Positions 45,594 to 56,504 of a stretch of 64,000 nucleotides of DNA are shown here, one piece after another. How positions within the stretch are numbered: position 1 is the stretch's first letter; every line of letters begins with the position of its first letter. Made by a program: the position numbers and the translations under genes. The notes beneath the pieces are model-generated. The model worked only from the letters and a program-made list of their open reading frames with translations. It was not told the origin of the DNA and made no database searches. Source of the DNA: Solirubrobacterales bacterium (GTDB lineage Bacteria; Actinomycetota; Thermoleophilia; Solirubrobacterales; 70-9); contig DATNGZ010000017.1 of assembly GCA_035605695.1 (NCBI GenBank), positions 14,454 to 78,453 on the forward strand, read 5' to 3'.

Positions 45594-45674
45594 GCCACCG
45601 CGGTCTGCAAAATCTTGTGCTTGAAGACAAAGCCTCTACAGACAATAGATTTCGTTTGCTCTATATTGCTCGCC

Positions 45675-46010
45675 ATGGCGACGGGGGACAGCAACAAGGC
45701 GAACGACCTGTTCACCGCCCTCGCGCATCCGTTGCGCCGCCGGATCCTGCGCAAGATGATCGAGGACAGCGGTCAGATCAGCCCGCGTGAACTTGCCATC
45801 GACCTCGACGAGCCGCTCAGCGCGCTCAGCTATCACGTCAGGGTGCTGGCCGAATGCGGGGCGATCAAGCTGGTGCGGACGAAGCAGATCCGCGGCTCGA
45901 CCCAGCACTTCTACCGCGCTGCGATGCGGGCGCAGTGGGCGCGGACGGCCCTGAGGACGACCAAGGGCCGGCCGAAGAAAAATCGCTCGCAGGGGGAAGA
46001 GAAAGGCTGA
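45675..46010 (+). CDS. ArsR-family winged-helix transcriptional regulator
   Basis: LFTALAHPLRRRILRKMIEDSGQISPRELAIDLDEPLSALSYHVRVLAECGAIKLV. TATATT (45662..45667) ends 7 nt before the ATG at 45675, so the transcript may be leaderless. Confidence 0.7.
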   Translation: MATGDSNKANDLFTALAHPLRRRILRKMIEDSGQISPRELAIDLDEPLSALSYHVRVLAECGAIKLVRTKQIRGSTQHFYRAAMRAQWARTALRTTKGRPKKNRSQGEEKG

Positions 46011-46020
46011 CGGTTCTCTT

Positions 46021-46302
46021 ATGCAGGCAGGCGTGGAGCACAGGGACGACATCCGCAAGACCGTTGACGAGGACCGGGCACAGGAGTCCGCGGTTCTGCA
46101 ACACGTCCTCGCCCTCCACCCGACCGCGGTCACGGTCGAGGAACTGGTTCGCGAACTCGACCCCGACCACGACTCGTTTGGCCGACGCGACGCGGTCGAA
46201 CGCGCCGTGCGCGACCTCGCCGGCGCCGGTCTCCTGCACCACAGCGACTCGCTGGTTTTGCCGACCCGCGCCGCCCTGCGCTTCGATCAGCTGCTCGGCT
46301 GA
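46021..46302 (+). CDS. Hypothetical protein (possible winged-helix fold)
   Basis: 93-aa ORF 10 nt after the ArsR gene, containing AVLQHVLALHPTAVTVEELVREL and VRDLAGAGLLHH. I recognised no family signature. Confidence 0.45.
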   Translation: MQAGVEHRDDIRKTVDEDRAQESAVLQHVLALHPTAVTVEELVRELDPDHDSFGRRDAVERAVRDLAGAGLLHHSDSLVLPTRAALRFDQLLG

Positions 46303-46347
46303 AAGGGCACCCGGGACCGGGCCGGGCTCCAGTAGCATCGGACCGCG

Positions 46348-46692
46348 TTGACTCCCGCGCCGTTCAAAGTCCGCAGCGAGCAGAGGCAGGGCGTGTCGGT
46401 GATCCAGGTCGAGGGCGAGCTGGACATGAACACCGCGCCCGAGCTCGAGCGCCAGCTCGAGGCGCCCTTGTCGGCGCCGGACTCGAACCTGCTGATCGAC
46501 CTGAGCCGCTGTGAATTCATCGACTCAACCGGGATCGCCCTGATAGTCACGGCCTGGCAGGCGCTCGACGATCGCTTCTCGATCTGCGGGATCGGTGACC
46601 AGGTCAAGCGGGTGCTCGAGGTCACCGGGCTCGAGGCGACGATCCCGACCCACCCGAGCCGCGACGACGCGCTGGCCAGCCTGCGTGCCTGA
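46348..46692 (+). CDS. STAS-domain anti-sigma-factor antagonist (SpoIIAA-like)
   Basis: VIQVEGELDMNTAPELERQL...LLIDLSRCEFIDSTGIALIV...VLEVTGL. The DST(G) phosphorylation-site context is present. Confidence 0.75.
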   Translation: MTPAPFKVRSEQRQGVSVIQVEGELDMNTAPELERQLEAPLSAPDSNLLIDLSRCEFIDSTGIALIVTAWQALDDRFSICGIGDQVKRVLEVTGLEATIPTHPSRDDALASLRA

Positions 46693-46694
46693 GC

Positions 46695-47396
46695 TTGCGC
46701 CGCGCGCTGCTCACAGCCACCACCGTCGTCACCCTGGCTTTCTTTGGGCTCAGCGGCTCAGCTTCGCCGCGGGGCGGGATCATCTTGATCCGCGGCGATG
46801 ACTCGGGCTCGCACCTGCGCCTCAGCGTCAGCGACGGCCAGTTGCTGGTCAATGGCCACGAGACCGCGGACGGGCCGAGCGGCTGCCGAGTGGAGGCCGG
46901 CTACGGCGCCGTTTCCTGCCGCCTCGCCGAGGCCTCCTCGGTGATCGTCGAAATGGGCCCGGCCGATGACAAGGTCACCGTGCTGGACCCGCTGCCGGTA
47001 CCGCTGACCGCCTACCTCGGCTCCGGCTCGGACAAGCTGATCGGCAACGCTGAGGCGGACACCTGTTACCCGCAGGACTCGCCGCGCAACCGCTGCATCG
47101 GCGGCGCCGGTGACGACATCTGCATCTCGGGCCCGGACAACACCGACTGCGTCGGCGACACCGGCGATGATTACTGTCGGACGAGTGACGGCAGCGACGG
47201 CTGCTGGGGCGGGCCGGGGAAGGACGAATGCGTGATGGGCGCCGGCCAGGACGGCTGCCACGGCGATGGCGGCAAAGATCGCCTCTACGGCGGCGCCGGC
47301 GCCGACCAGCTCTACGGCGGCGGCGGCAACGACTACTGCGATGGCGGCCCGGGTCTCGGGCAGTCGCACGAGTGCGAGTCGGGTCCGCGCCGCTAA
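46695..47396 (+). CDS. Secreted Cys-rich protein with RTX-like GGxGxD nonapeptide repeats
   Basis: Has the signal-like N-terminus MRRALLTATTVVTLAFFGLSGSASP and the C-terminal repeats GGAGDDICI, GDTGDDYCR, GGPGKDECV, GDGGKDRLY, GGAGADQLY, GGGGNDYCD. The start is 2 nt after the STAS stop. Confidence 0.6.
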   Translation: MRRALLTATTVVTLAFFGLSGSASPRGGIILIRGDDSGSHLRLSVSDGQLLVNGHETADGPSGCRVEAGYGAVSCRLAEASSVIVEMGPADDKVTVLDPLPVPLTAYLGSGSDKLIGNAEADTCYPQDSPRNRCIGGAGDDICISGPDNTDCVGDTGDDYCRTSDGSDGCWGGPGKDECVMGAGQDGCHGDGGKDRLYGGAGADQLYGGGGNDYCDGGPGLGQSHECESGPRR

Positions 47397-48199
47397 GCCC
47401 GCGGGCGGCGCTCGCCGACCGCGTCGCCGAGGAAACGCTCGACCGCCTCGCCGGTCTCCACCGGTGACTCCCAGAGGACGTTGTGCCCGTTGGGAACGGT
47501 GGTCACCGTGAGCAAGTCGCCGAGAGCGTCCGAGTAGCGCGATTCCTGGGCGCCGTCCGGAGACAAGAGAGGGACCGCGGCGCGAATGATCAGGGTCGGG
47601 AGCCGCGCGATCGGCGGGGCCGGAAGCGCCATCTCACTCCAGGCGACGACCGCGGCGCCGGGACAGAAGCCGAAGCGGAAGCGCCCGTCGGGCCCCTTGC
47701 GAACGTCGCTCCGCACGTAGGCGGCAACCACCTCGCGCGGGGCGGCGACGACCGAATCACTGGAGAGAAGGGCGTTGAGCGCCCCGTCCGCGGTCGCGAA
47801 ATTCCAGTCGAGGCGATCGATTTCAGCACTTCGCAGCGCTGCCTCGGCCTCCACTTCGAGGCCGGGGTCGAGAAGGACGAGGCGGTCGCTGCGCTCCGGT
47901 ACCCGCGCGACGGCCTCGGCCACGAGCCGACCGCCGAAGCTGTGCCCGACCCAGCTCGCCCGCTCCACCCCCGCGGCGTCCAGGGTCTCGATCAGATCGT
48001 CCACGTGGGTAGCGCTGTCCCAGGGAGGCACCCGACCCGACTCGCCATGCCCGCGCAGATCGACCGCGAGGACCGAGTGGCCCGCGGCAACGAGGCGCTT
48101 TCCCAGGCCCTCAAACACCCCGCCGTGCTGGGCCACCCCGTGCACGCAGACGACGGACTGCGCTCCCGGCGGCCCCCAGCGGTGGGTCTTCAAGACCAT
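47393..48199 (-). CDS. Alpha/beta-fold hydrolase
   Basis: Contains VVCVHGVAQHGG (HG oxyanion), the GHSFGG nucleophile elbow and a C-terminal His (PNGHNV). It is the last co-directional gene after the PKS-MT-ccr run. Confidence 0.8.
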   Translation of the reverse strand: MVLKTHRWGPPGAQSVVCVHGVAQHGGVFEGLGKRLVAAGHSVLAVDLRGHGESGRVPPWDSATHVDDLIETLDAAGVERASWVGHSFGGRLVAEAVARVPERSDRLVLLDPGLEVEAEAALRSAEIDRLDWNFATADGALNALLSSDSVVAAPREVVAAYVRSDVRKGPDGRFRFGFCPGAAVVAWSEMALPAPPIARLPTLIIRAAVPLLSPDGAQESRYSDALGDLLTVTTVPNGHNVLWESPVETGEAVERFLGDAVGERRPRA

Positions 48200-48222
48200 T
48201 CTCTACGTTCCCCCATCGTTCG

Positions 48223-49461
48223 CTATACCCGGATCGCGCCGGGTCCGTCTTCCCTGCGCCCCGCGTCCTCGGACTCGGCCCCGACCAGGATCGCGATCTT
48301 GCCGAGGTGCTTGTTTTCGTACAGCAGCTGGTGTGCCTCGGGGATTCCCTCGAAGTCCATCGTTCGCCAGAGCACCGGCCGGATCTTGCCCTCGGCCATT
48401 AGCTGGTTGGCCTGCATCGCCTGATAAGCGTTGGCTCCGTGCGAGCCGATGATCTGCTTCTGGCGCATCCACAGGTAGCGCACGTCGAAGTCGAGCTGGA
48501 AGCCCGTCGTGGCGCCGCAGATCACGACTTTGCCGAAGGGCTTGCAGACGAAGACCGAGGTCGGGAAGGTCGCCCGGCCGACGTGCTCGAAGACGATGTC
48601 GGGGGCGTCGCCGAGGATCTCCTTGACCCGCTTGGCGAAGCCGCGCGAGGCCTTGAAGCGCTCCTTGTCCTTGGCGGGATCGGTGAGGTTCTCCGAGGTC
48701 CGCATCATCTCGCCGAACTCGGCCCGGTTGATGTAGTCGACCGCGCCGAGCTGCTTGACCAGCTCGCCCTTCTCGTCGGAGGAGACGACGCCGACGGCGT
48801 TGGCGCCGGTCGCCTTGCAGAGCTGGATCGCGAAGACACCGAGGCCACCGGCCGCGCCCCAGATCAGCACGTTGTGGCCGGGCTGCAGCTTGCACTGGTC
48901 GATCAGCATTCGGTAGGCGGTGAAGTAGGCGAGGCCGTAGGAAGCGGCCTCGGCCCATGAGGTGTTCTGCGGACGCGACAGCAATTGCTGGGCCTGCACC
49001 TTGGTGAACTGGGCGAAGGAGCCCCAGGTCGTCTCGTAGCCCCAAGCTTTGACGGTCGGTGCGGCGAGCGGGTCGAACCCGTGCACCTCTACGTCCTCGT
49101 AGGAAACCTGGGCGGTGTGCATAACCACCTCGTCGCCCGGCTTCCAACGGGTGACGCCCTCGCCGACCTTCCAGACGATCCCCGAAGCGTCGGAGCCACC
49201 GATGTGGTGGCCGTACTCGGGGTGGTCGCCGTAGCCGAAGACCGAGACCGGTTTGCCCAGCGCCGCCCAGACGTTGTTGAAGTTGACGCCCGCGGCCATC
49301 ACCCGCACGATCACCTCGAAGGGACCCGGCTCGGGTACCTCGATCTGCTCGAGCTGGAAGGCGTCGTTGGGCTCGCCCTCGCGCTCCTGGCGGATCACCC
49401 AGGCTGCCATTGTCTCCGGCAGTGTTCCGGGCTCGACGTCCAACTTCGCGATTGCGTTCAT
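48223..49461 (-). CDS. ccr: Crotonyl-CoA carboxylase/reductase (CCR-type enoyl-thioester reductase)
   Basis: WGYETTWGSFAQFTKVQAQQLL, VLIWGAAGGLGVFAIQL, PDIVFEHVGRATF and LWMRQKQIIGSHGAN match the CCR subfamily rather than generic MDRs. The ATG at 49461 has GGAGG 8 nt upstream. Confidence 0.85.
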   Translation of the reverse strand: MNAIAKLDVEPGTLPETMAAWVIRQEREGEPNDAFQLEQIEVPEPGPFEVIVRVMAAGVNFNNVWAALGKPVSVFGYGDHPEYGHHIGGSDASGIVWKVGEGVTRWKPGDEVVMHTAQVSYEDVEVHGFDPLAAPTVKAWGYETTWGSFAQFTKVQAQQLLSRPQNTSWAEAASYGLAYFTAYRMLIDQCKLQPGHNVLIWGAAGGLGVFAIQLCKATGANAVGVVSSDEKGELVKQLGAVDYINRAEFGEMMRTSENLTDPAKDKERFKASRGFAKRVKEILGDAPDIVFEHVGRATFPTSVFVCKPFGKVVICGATTGFQLDFDVRYLWMRQKQIIGSHGANAYQAMQANQLMAEGKIRPVLWRTMDFEGIPEAHQLLYENKHLGKIAILVGAESEDAGRREDGPGAIRV

Positions 49462-49462
49462 C

Positions 49463-50236
49463 TCAGCGGCCTCCATTGACCTCATCCGGCTTTCGCGCCG
49501 AGAGGAATTGCCCCCGCCGCACCACTCGCTGATCGATATCGACAAGGCCGTGCTCGCGAAACCACTCGGCCAACTCGCCGCGCGCAAAGACGGTCACACC
49601 GCCCCGCACACTGCGCGGCCGGCCCTCGGGCGCGCAGCTGGCGACGACCGCCAACCGTCCCCCGGGCGCAAGCACCCTGACCATCTCGCCGAGGGCGAGC
49701 ATCGGCTTCTCGATCAGGTGAATCACGCCAACGCTGCAGGCGGCGTCGAAGGTGCCGTCACCGAAGGGAAGCGCACAGGCATCCGCCCGCAGGTAGCCGG
49801 CGTTGGCCGGGCTGCCACGCTTCGCCGCCGCGGCGACCATCGCTCCCGAGGCGTCGATCCCCACCACCAACCCGCTGCCCGAGGCCGCAGCCAAAGCCCG
49901 TGTGTAGTTTCCGGGCCCGCAACCGACATCGATGACACGGTTGCCTGGCGATACCCCTAGCATCTCGAGCGTCAGGCGCTTCTCTTTGGCCGCGCCGGGT
50001 CCGCGAAGGCCGAAGAAAACGCGGGAGACGAGCGGCCGCCACAGTCGCTCGTACACAAACGCGAGCAGCTTTTTGTGAAATACCTGCTGTCCGCGGTGGG
50101 GGCCAATCGCATCGCGATCGGCCAGTAGGTCGATGTACCCGTCCGTGGCCTGTGGAAACACACCCTTACTTCCCGTCCTCAGCAGGCTGACCATTTCCCT
50201 CATCCCAGTTGAAGAATCCTGCCCCTGGTTATTCAC
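49463..50236 (-). CDS. Class I SAM-dependent methyltransferase
   Basis: Has motif I VIDVGCGPGNYTRAL and the post-I acidic residue VVGIDAS, then FDAACSVGVIHL. Confidence 0.85.
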   Translation of the reverse strand: MNNQGQDSSTGMREMVSLLRTGSKGVFPQATDGYIDLLADRDAIGPHRGQQVFHKKLLAFVYERLWRPLVSRVFFGLRGPGAAKEKRLTLEMLGVSPGNRVIDVGCGPGNYTRALAAASGSGLVVGIDASGAMVAAAAKRGSPANAGYLRADACALPFGDGTFDAACSVGVIHLIEKPMLALGEMVRVLAPGGRLAVVASCAPEGRPRSVRGGVTVFARGELAEWFREHGLVDIDQRVVRRGQFLSARKPDEVNGGR

Positions 50237-50249
50237 AGTATGAACCTTA

Positions 50250-53200
50250 TCATTTTGCGAACTCCGCTGTGTTTAGTTTTACACACATCTTGTCAAGCAC
50301 ATTTCTCACCGCTTCCGCCGTCTCCGCAGCGTGCTCGGTCATCATGGTGAAATGGTTGCCCGGCGTCTCCACCACCGCCTCTGAGGGCTCCCACGATGCT
50401 CGCCACTCGCCCCCGCCGCCGCCCGCCAGCTCCCATGCCGGCTCGCGGGCCCGAACCAGCACGGTGGGGACGTCGAGCACCGGCGGCCGCCAGTCGCCGA
50501 AGATCCTCCGGTAGGCGCCCAAGGCGATCAGACGGGCGTCGTCGATCCTCATCTCACCCGCCTCGACTCCCTGCGCTGCCGCCAGCATTGCCGGCAGCAT
50601 TTGGCTCAGCAAAGGGGAATCGGGGAGGTAGGTATCGAGCAGGAGCACGGCGCTAGGAGGCGCGCCTATAGCCGCCAGGCGATCGGCGATCGCGTGCGCG
50701 AGCCACCCCCCGGAGGAGTGCCCCCCGAGAACGAACTCGGGGCCCACGTCGGCCTGCAGAATCGCGTCCGCCTGCGCCTCGATTGCGGCGCCGGCGCTCT
50801 CCGGCAATGGCTCACCCTGGGTGAACCCCCAGAGTGGAAAAGTGAACACCGGCCGAATTTCACGAAAGCCGCGTGCCAATTTTACGTACTCATGCGGACC
50901 GGACATCGGCCCTACCGAGGGAATCAGGATCAGGCTCGAATCGGTTTCACCATCGGCAAGGCGCACCGGCCGGAGACTTCCCTCGGCTTCGGCGGATGTC
51001 TCAAAGGAGGTGTGAAACCGCGATGCGCTGCTCAACAGCTCGACGAAATCATCCAACTCGTCTCTTTCATATGCCCGTCCGAGCAGCGATACGAATGAAA
51101 TGTCACGGTGAACGCCATCGGCGGCAGCGGAACCCTCCCCCCCGGCCGTTGCATCATCGGCGCCTTCCCTGACCTGTTTCAGCAGGTACCTAGCGATGCC
51201 CGCCGGGGTGGGGTTGTCGGCCAGCGCCAGGATCGGCAGCGCTATCCCGGTCGAGGCGGTGAGACGATTGCGAAGCTCCACCGTGCCCAGCGAGTCGAAG
51301 CCCAGTTCCTGCAGGATCTGGTCGGCGCCCACCTCGTCGTTGGACCCGTAGCCGAGGATCGCCGCAGCCTGGCCGCGAACCAGCTCGAGCACCACCGCTT
51401 CCTGTCGGTCCTCCGCCACTCCCTGCAGACGCGCCCGCAGCGAACCCGTCTCCGGCTTGAGCTCGACCCTGGCGCCAACCAGGCCGCTCAGCACCGCGGG
51501 CAGCATTCGGGCCTCGGCCTGCGCCCGCAGCGCGGCCCGGTTGAAGGCCACCGGCGCCAGCAGCGGGGCATCATCCGAACAGGCGAGATCGAAGAGCTCC
51601 AGACCATCCTCGGGCAGGACCGCGGCGATGCCGGTCCGTTCCAGCCGCGCCCGGTCGACCTCGCTGAGCGCCTCGATCAAGCTGGTCTCCTGCACCCAAC
51701 CCCCCCATGCCATCGAGGTTCCCGGTAGCCCCTGCGCCTGGCGGTGGGCTGCAAGGGCGTCGAGGAAGGTGTTGGCGGCGGCGTAGTTGGCCTGGGCGGC
51801 GCTTCCGATCAGGCCGCTCACCGAGGAGAAAACCACGAAGCGGGAAAGATCCAGGTCCTTGGTCAGCTCGTGCAGGTGCCATGCGGCATCGACCTTGGGG
51901 CGCATCACCCGGTCGAGCCGATCCCCGTCAAGGGAGTCGATCACCCCGTTGTCGAGCACCGCGGCGGAGTGGATCACCGCGCCCAGCGGCCACTGCGACG
52001 GAATCGAGTCGAGCAGGGCTTCCAGCTCGGTGAGATCGGAGACGTCGCAGGCGGCGACCGTCGCCTCCGCGCCCAGGGCGGCGAGCTCGGCGACGAGGTC
52101 GTCGGCTCCGTCCGTCGCGGCTCCACGTCGGCTCACCAGCAGCAGCTGGCGCACGCCATGGGCCTCCGCCAGATGACGCGCGACGGCAGCGCCGATGCCG
52201 CTGAGGCCTCCGGTGATCAGCACCGTCTTCTCGGGATCGAACGACGGCCTAGCTTCCCCCTCCGGCTCGGCGATCCGAGCGCGGGCTATCCGCGGAGCCG
52301 AGATCTCGCCCTTGCGAATCGCCAGCTGCGGCTCCGCGTCCGCGGCGCGAAGGGCGGCGCCCAAAGCGCGCGAAGACTCGGGAGCGTCGTCGACGTCGAT
52401 CACCGCGAAGCGCCCGCTGTGCTCGGAGCGGGCCGAGTGAACGAGACCCCAGATCGGGGCGATCTCGAGGTTGGGCCGGTCGCCTTCGGCGACCGCAACG
52501 GCCTCCTTGGTGAGAAACGTGAGCCGAGCATCGCCGAGCGGGCCCGCCGCGATCCATGCCTTGGCGAGATCAAGCGCCCGCAGCGCCCGCGCCCTGGCCT
52601 GCGCGGCAAGGTCGGCGCCGTCGTCGCGCCCGGACCGGAAGCCGACGAGAACCGCCTCGGGAACGGGGGCGCCGGCCTCAACCGCCTCGATCAGGGCGGC
52701 GAGGTCCGGGTAGCGATCCGCGTCTAGATCGCCGCAGTCGTCGTCTCCGACTATCGCCACAGAACCGATCCCGGTCCCCGGCGGGGGCTTGAGCGCATGC
52801 CAATCGACCCGGAAGAGCGATTGCTTTCGGCGGGCGGCCTTGACCTGTGCCCGATCGACCGCACGCGGCCGCACCGAGTCGATCGAGAGCACCGCCTCGC
52901 CGCTCTCGTCGACCGCGCTCAGGGTTATTTCGCCGTTCTCGCCGGCTGCCCGAACCCGCAACGCGGCCGGGGACCGCTTTGTTAGGCGAGCCCCACGCCA
53001 GACGGCGGGCCAGCTCGGCCCGGCTGCATCGCGCCCACCCGGGACAAGCTCGAGCGCCGCGCGGACCGCCGATTCGAGCAGCGCTGGATGAACCCCGAAG
53101 CCGGCCGCGGCGTCCTCCTGTGCCTCCCCGACCGAGACCTCGAGCAGCACCTCCTCGCCATCGCGCCAGGCCGAGCGCAGGCATCGGAGGGCGGGGCCGT

Positions 53201-56200
53201 ACTCGAAGCCGGCCTCGGCCAGGCGGTCGTAGACGAGCTCAACGTCGAGCTCTTCCGCCCCCGCCGGTGGCCAGGACTCCGCCTCCCTCGCCCACGGCTC
53301 GACAACGCGCTCGACCCCTTGACCCAGAACGCCGACGGCGTGGCGCACCCACTGCTCCGGCTCGGGGTCCTCCCGCTCGCCCTCGAGCCGGGAGTGGACG
53401 GCGAGGACGCGTTTGCCCTCGAGCGGCTCGTCGATGCCGATGCGGATCTGCACCGCGCCCGAGTCGGGCAGCGTCAGCGGCGCCTCCAGGGTGAGCTCCT
53501 CCACTCCCTCGACCCCGATCGCGGCGGCGGCGGCGAGCGTGACCTCGACCAGGGCGGAGCTTGGCACGGCCGCCTCTCCAAGCACCTTGTGATCGGCCAG
53601 CCAAGGGTGGCTGGAGCGCGAAAGCCGGCCGCTCAACTGCAGGCGCTCGTCGTCGGGGAACTCGATCGTCGCCCCGAGCAGGGGGTGAGCGGCGTCACCG
53701 AGACCCGCGGCGCCGGCGTCACCGGCCGTGGCAGTGGACTCGAGCCAGAGGCGGCGACGCTGAAACGGATAGGTGGGCAGGGTTACCGGCCGCGCCTCGG
53801 CGCCATCGAAGAACGACCCCCACTCGACGTCGACCCCGGCCGCATGAGCTTCCGCCAGCGAGCGGGCGAAGCGATCGCCGCCGCCTTCGTCGCGACGCAG
53901 CGTGCCGAGCACCGCGACCGAGTTGGGATCGCCGGTCGCCGCCTCCAAAGTCTGCTGCAGGCCGACGGCCAGGACAGGATGCGGGGAAACCTCGACCAGC
54001 GCCTGAATATCCCGGTCGATCAAGCGTCGGACCGTCGGCTCGAGCAGCACCGTGTGGCGAGCGTTGCGATACCAGTAGGCCGCGTCGAGCTCAGCGGTGT
54101 CGAGCAGCTCCGCCGTGACCGTGGAGTAGAAGGGAGTCTCCCCCGAGCGCGGGGAGATCGGCGCCAGCGAGTCGAGCAGCTCCTCGCGCAGCGACTCGAC
54201 CTGCGCTGAGTGCGAAGCCACGACCGTGCCGGGGACCTTTCTCGCCCGCACGCCTTCGGCCTTGCACTCGGCGACCAGTTCTTCCAGCGGCTCGACCTCG
54301 CCGGAGACGACGGTCGCCGCGGGGCCGTTGACGGCGGCCAGCTCGAGCTCACCGCTGCGGCGCCGCAGGCGCGGCTCGAGCTCGGCGGCGGGCAGCGCAA
54401 TCGACGCCAGCGAGCCCAGTCCGAGCAGTCGACGCAGGGCCTTGTTTCGAAGCGCCGCCACCCGCGCGGCATCGTCCAGGGAGAGGCCGCCGGCGATGTG
54501 CGCCGCCACCACCTCGCCCTGCGAGTGACCCGCCACCGCGGCCGGCTCGACCCCGCACGCCCGCCACAGCTTCGCCAGGGAGATCATGATCGCGAAGAGC
54601 ACCAGGGAGCTGACGTCGGTGTCGCTCAACGGCGGCGATCCCTCGGACCCGCGCAGGACGCCCTCGATCGACCACTCGACGTAGGGCTCCAGCGCTTCCT
54701 GGCATTGGCCAATCTGCGTGGCGAAGAACGGCGAGGAACCGAGCAGCTCCACCGCCATCCCATCCCACTGCGAGCCAAAGCCCGGGAAGAGGAAGGCCGG
54801 TCGCCCCTCGCGGCGAGCGACCCCGCGCCAGGCGGCCGTCGCTTCCCCTCCTTGAGCCAGGGTCGCAAGCTGCTCGGTGAGCTCCGCACGATCCGCCGCC
54901 AGCGCCACCGCGCGGTGCTCGAAGCGCGGCCGCATCGTCGCCAGCGAGAAGCCGACGTCCAGCGGCTCCAAATCGGGCCGGGCCTCCAAGTGCGAGGCCA
55001 GCTGCGCCGCGGAATCGCGCAGGGCCGCCTCCGTTTTGGCCGAGATCACGATCGGGGTCACGCCGGGAAGCGGCGGGGACGAAGCATCGGCCTCGTCTGC
55101 CTCGTCGAGGCCGCCCTCCTCGGCAGGCGCCTGCTCCAGAATCAGGTGCACGTTCGTGCCGCTCACCCCAAACGAGGAGACCGCGGCGCGGCGCGGCCGC
55201 TCGTCGACCTCCCACGGCTCCGCCTCGGCGAGCAGCTCAATCGAGCCCGAGGACCAGTCGATCTGGGAGGAGGGGTGATCAGCGTGAAGCGTCTTGGGCA
55301 GAACTCCGGCCTGCATCGCCATCACCAGCTTGATCACGCCGGCGGCACCCGCCGCAGCGGCGGTGTGGCCGATGTTGGACTTGACCGAACCCAACCTCAA
55401 CGGCCTCTCCCGGTCCCGGCCATAGGTGGCGAAGAGCGCCCCTGCCTCGATCGGGTCGCCAAGCGGGGTGCCGGTGCCGTGGGCCTCGACCAAGTCGATC
55501 TCTTGCGGCGCCAGCCCGGCGTTGGCCAGGGCTTGGCGGATCACCCTCTCCTGGGAAGGGCCGTTGGGAGCGCTGAGACCGTTGGAGGCCCCGTCCTGGT
55601 TGATCGCCGACCCGCGCACGACGGCAAGGACGCGGTGGCCGTTGCGGCGAGCCTCCGAGAGGCGCTCGAGGACCAAGACGCCAACGCCCTCCGAGAAGCC
55701 GGTGCCGTCGGCGCCCTCGGCGAAGGCCTTGCAGCGCCCGTCCGGGGCAAGCCCGCGCGAGCTGTTGAGGTCGACGTGGCCGACCGGGGTGCACATCACC
55801 GCGACCCCGCCGGCCAGCGCCAGCGGGCACTCGCCGCCCCGCAGCGCCTGGATCGCGAGGTGCATCGCGACCAGCGAGGAGGAGCAGGCGGTGTCGACGG
55901 TCATCGCCGGGCCCTCGAAGCCGAAGCTGTAGGAGACCCTTCCCGAGACGACGCTGGACGAGGTGCCGACGATCAACGCCCCGGCGCCCGCTGACGCGGC
56001 GATCACGGCCGGGGCGTAGTCGGAGGTCCCGGCCCCGGCGAAGACGCCGGTCTGGCTTCCTCGCAGCCCGCGGGGATCGATCCCCCCGTATTCGAGCGCC
56101 TCCCAGGAGGCTTCCAGCAGGAGTCGCTGCTGGGGGTCGATCAGCAGCGCTTCGCGCGGGCTGATCCCGAAGAAGACCGGGTCGAAATCGGTGGCGCCCT

Positions 56201-56504
56201 CGACGAAGCCGCCGTCGCGAACGTAGGTGGTGCCGACGTTGTCGGGATCGGGGTCATAGAGCCGCTCCAGGTCCCAGCCGCGATCGGCCGGGAAGGGCGA
56301 GATCGCATCGGTCCCACTCGCCACCAGATCCCAGAGCCTCTCTGGTGTGCTCGCCCCACCGGGGTAACGGCAGCCGATGCCGACGATCGCGATCGGCTCG
56401 TGGGCGCTGCGCTCGAGCTCTCGCACGCGGCGCCGGGCCTTGCGCAGGTCGACCGCCGCCTTCTCCAGATACTCGCGAAGCTTCGCCTCGTCAGTCATCG
56501 CCAA
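50250..56504 (-). CDS. Type I modular polyketide synthase, terminal module: KS-AT-DH-KR-ACP-TE
   Basis: KS: [30 protein letters not shown]: GHSQGE (54513..54530), VASH (54210..54221). DH: HPLLG / [15 protein letters not shown]: [30 protein letters not shown]: [15 protein letters not shown]: [12 protein letters not shown]. An N-terminal docking-like helix is present. Confidence 0.95.
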   Translation of the reverse strand: MAMTDEAKLREYLEKAAVDLRKARRRVRELERSAHEPIAIVGIGCRYPGGASTPERLWDLVASGTDAISPFPADRGWDLERLYDPDPDNVGTTYVRDGGFVEGATDFDPVFFGISPREALLIDPQQRLLLEASWEALEYGGIDPRGLRGSQTGVFAGAGTSDYAPAVIAASAGAGALIVGTSSSVVSGRVSYSFGFEGPAMTVDTACSSSLVAMHLAIQALRGGECPLALAGGVAVMCTPVGHVDLNSSRGLAPDGRCKAFAEGADGTGFSEGVGVLVLERLSEARRNGHRVLAVVRGSAINQDGASNGLSAPNGPSQERVIRQALANAGLAPQEIDLVEAHGTGTPLGDPIEAGALFATYGRDRERPLRLGSVKSNIGHTAAAAGAAGVIKLVMAMQAGVLPKTLHADHPSSQIDWSSGSIELLAEAEPWEVDERPRRAAVSSFGVSGTNVHLILEQAPAEEGGLDEADEADASSPPLPGVTPIVISAKTEAALRDSAAQLASHLEARPDLEPLDVGFSLATMRPRFEHRAVALAADRAELTEQLATLAQGGEATAAWRGVARREGRPAFLFPGFGSQWDGMAVELLGSSPFFATQIGQCQEALEPYVEWSIEGVLRGSEGSPPLSDTDVSSLVLFAIMISLAKLWRACGVEPAAVAGHSQGEVVAAHIAGGLSLDDAARVAALRNKALRRLLGLGSLASIALPAAELEPRLRRRSGELELAAVNGPAATVVSGEVEPLEELVAECKAEGVRARKVPGTVVASHSAQVESLREELLDSLAPISPRSGETPFYSTVTAELLDTAELDAAYWYRNARHTVLLEPTVRRLIDRDIQALVEVSPHPVLAVGLQQTLEAATGDPNSVAVLGTLRRDEGGGDRFARSLAEAHAAGVDVEWGSFFDGAEARPVTLPTYPFQRRRLWLESTATAGDAGAAGLGDAAHPLLGATIEFPDDERLQLSGRLSRSSHPWLADHKVLGEAAVPSSALVEVTLAAAAAIGVEGVEELTLEAPLTLPDSGAVQIRIGIDEPLEGKRVLAVHSRLEGEREDPEPEQWVRHAVGVLGQGVERVVEPWAREAESWPPAGAEELDVELVYDRLAEAGFEYGPALRCLRSAWRDGEEVLLEVSVGEAQEDAAAGFGVHPALLESAVRAALELVPGGRDAAGPSWPAVWRGARLTKRSPAALRVRAAGENGEITLSAVDESGEAVLSIDSVRPRAVDRAQVKAARRKQSLFRVDWHALKPPPGTGIGSVAIVGDDDCGDLDADRYPDLAALIEAVEAGAPVPEAVLVGFRSGRDDGADLAAQARARALRALDLAKAWIAAGPLGDARLTFLTKEAVAVAEGDRPNLEIAPIWGLVHSARSEHSGRFAVIDVDDAPESSRALGAALRAADAEPQLAIRKGEISAPRIARARIAEPEGEARPSFDPEKTVLITGGLSGIGAAVARHLAEAHGVRQLLLVSRRGAATDGADDLVAELAALGAEATVAACDVSDLTELEALLDSIPSQWPLGAVIHSAAVLDNGVIDSLDGDRLDRVMRPKVDAAWHLHELTKDLDLSRFVVFSSVSGLIGSAAQANYAAANTFLDALAAHRQAQGLPGTSMAWGGWVQETSLIEALSEVDRARLERTGIAAVLPEDGLELFDLACSDDAPLLAPVAFNRAALRAQAEARMLPAVLSGLVGARVELKPETGSLRARLQGVAEDRQEAVVLELVRGQAAAILGYGSNDEVGADQILQELGFDSLGTVELRNRLTASTGIALPILALADNPTPAGIARYLLKQVREGADDATAGGEGSAAADGVHRDISFVSLLGRAYERDELDDFVELLSSASRFHTSFETSAEAEGSLRPVRLADGETDSSLILIPSVGPMSGPHEYVKLARGFREIRPVFTFPLWGFTQGEPLPESAGAAIEAQADAILQADVGPEFVLGGHSSGGWLAHAIADRLAAIGAPPSAVLLLDTYLPDSPLLSQMLPAMLAAAQGVEAGEMRIDDARLIALGAYRRIFGDWRPPVLDVPTVLVRAREPAWELAGGGGGEWRASWEPSEAVVETPGNHFTMMTEHAAETAEAVRNVLDKMCVKLNTAEFAK

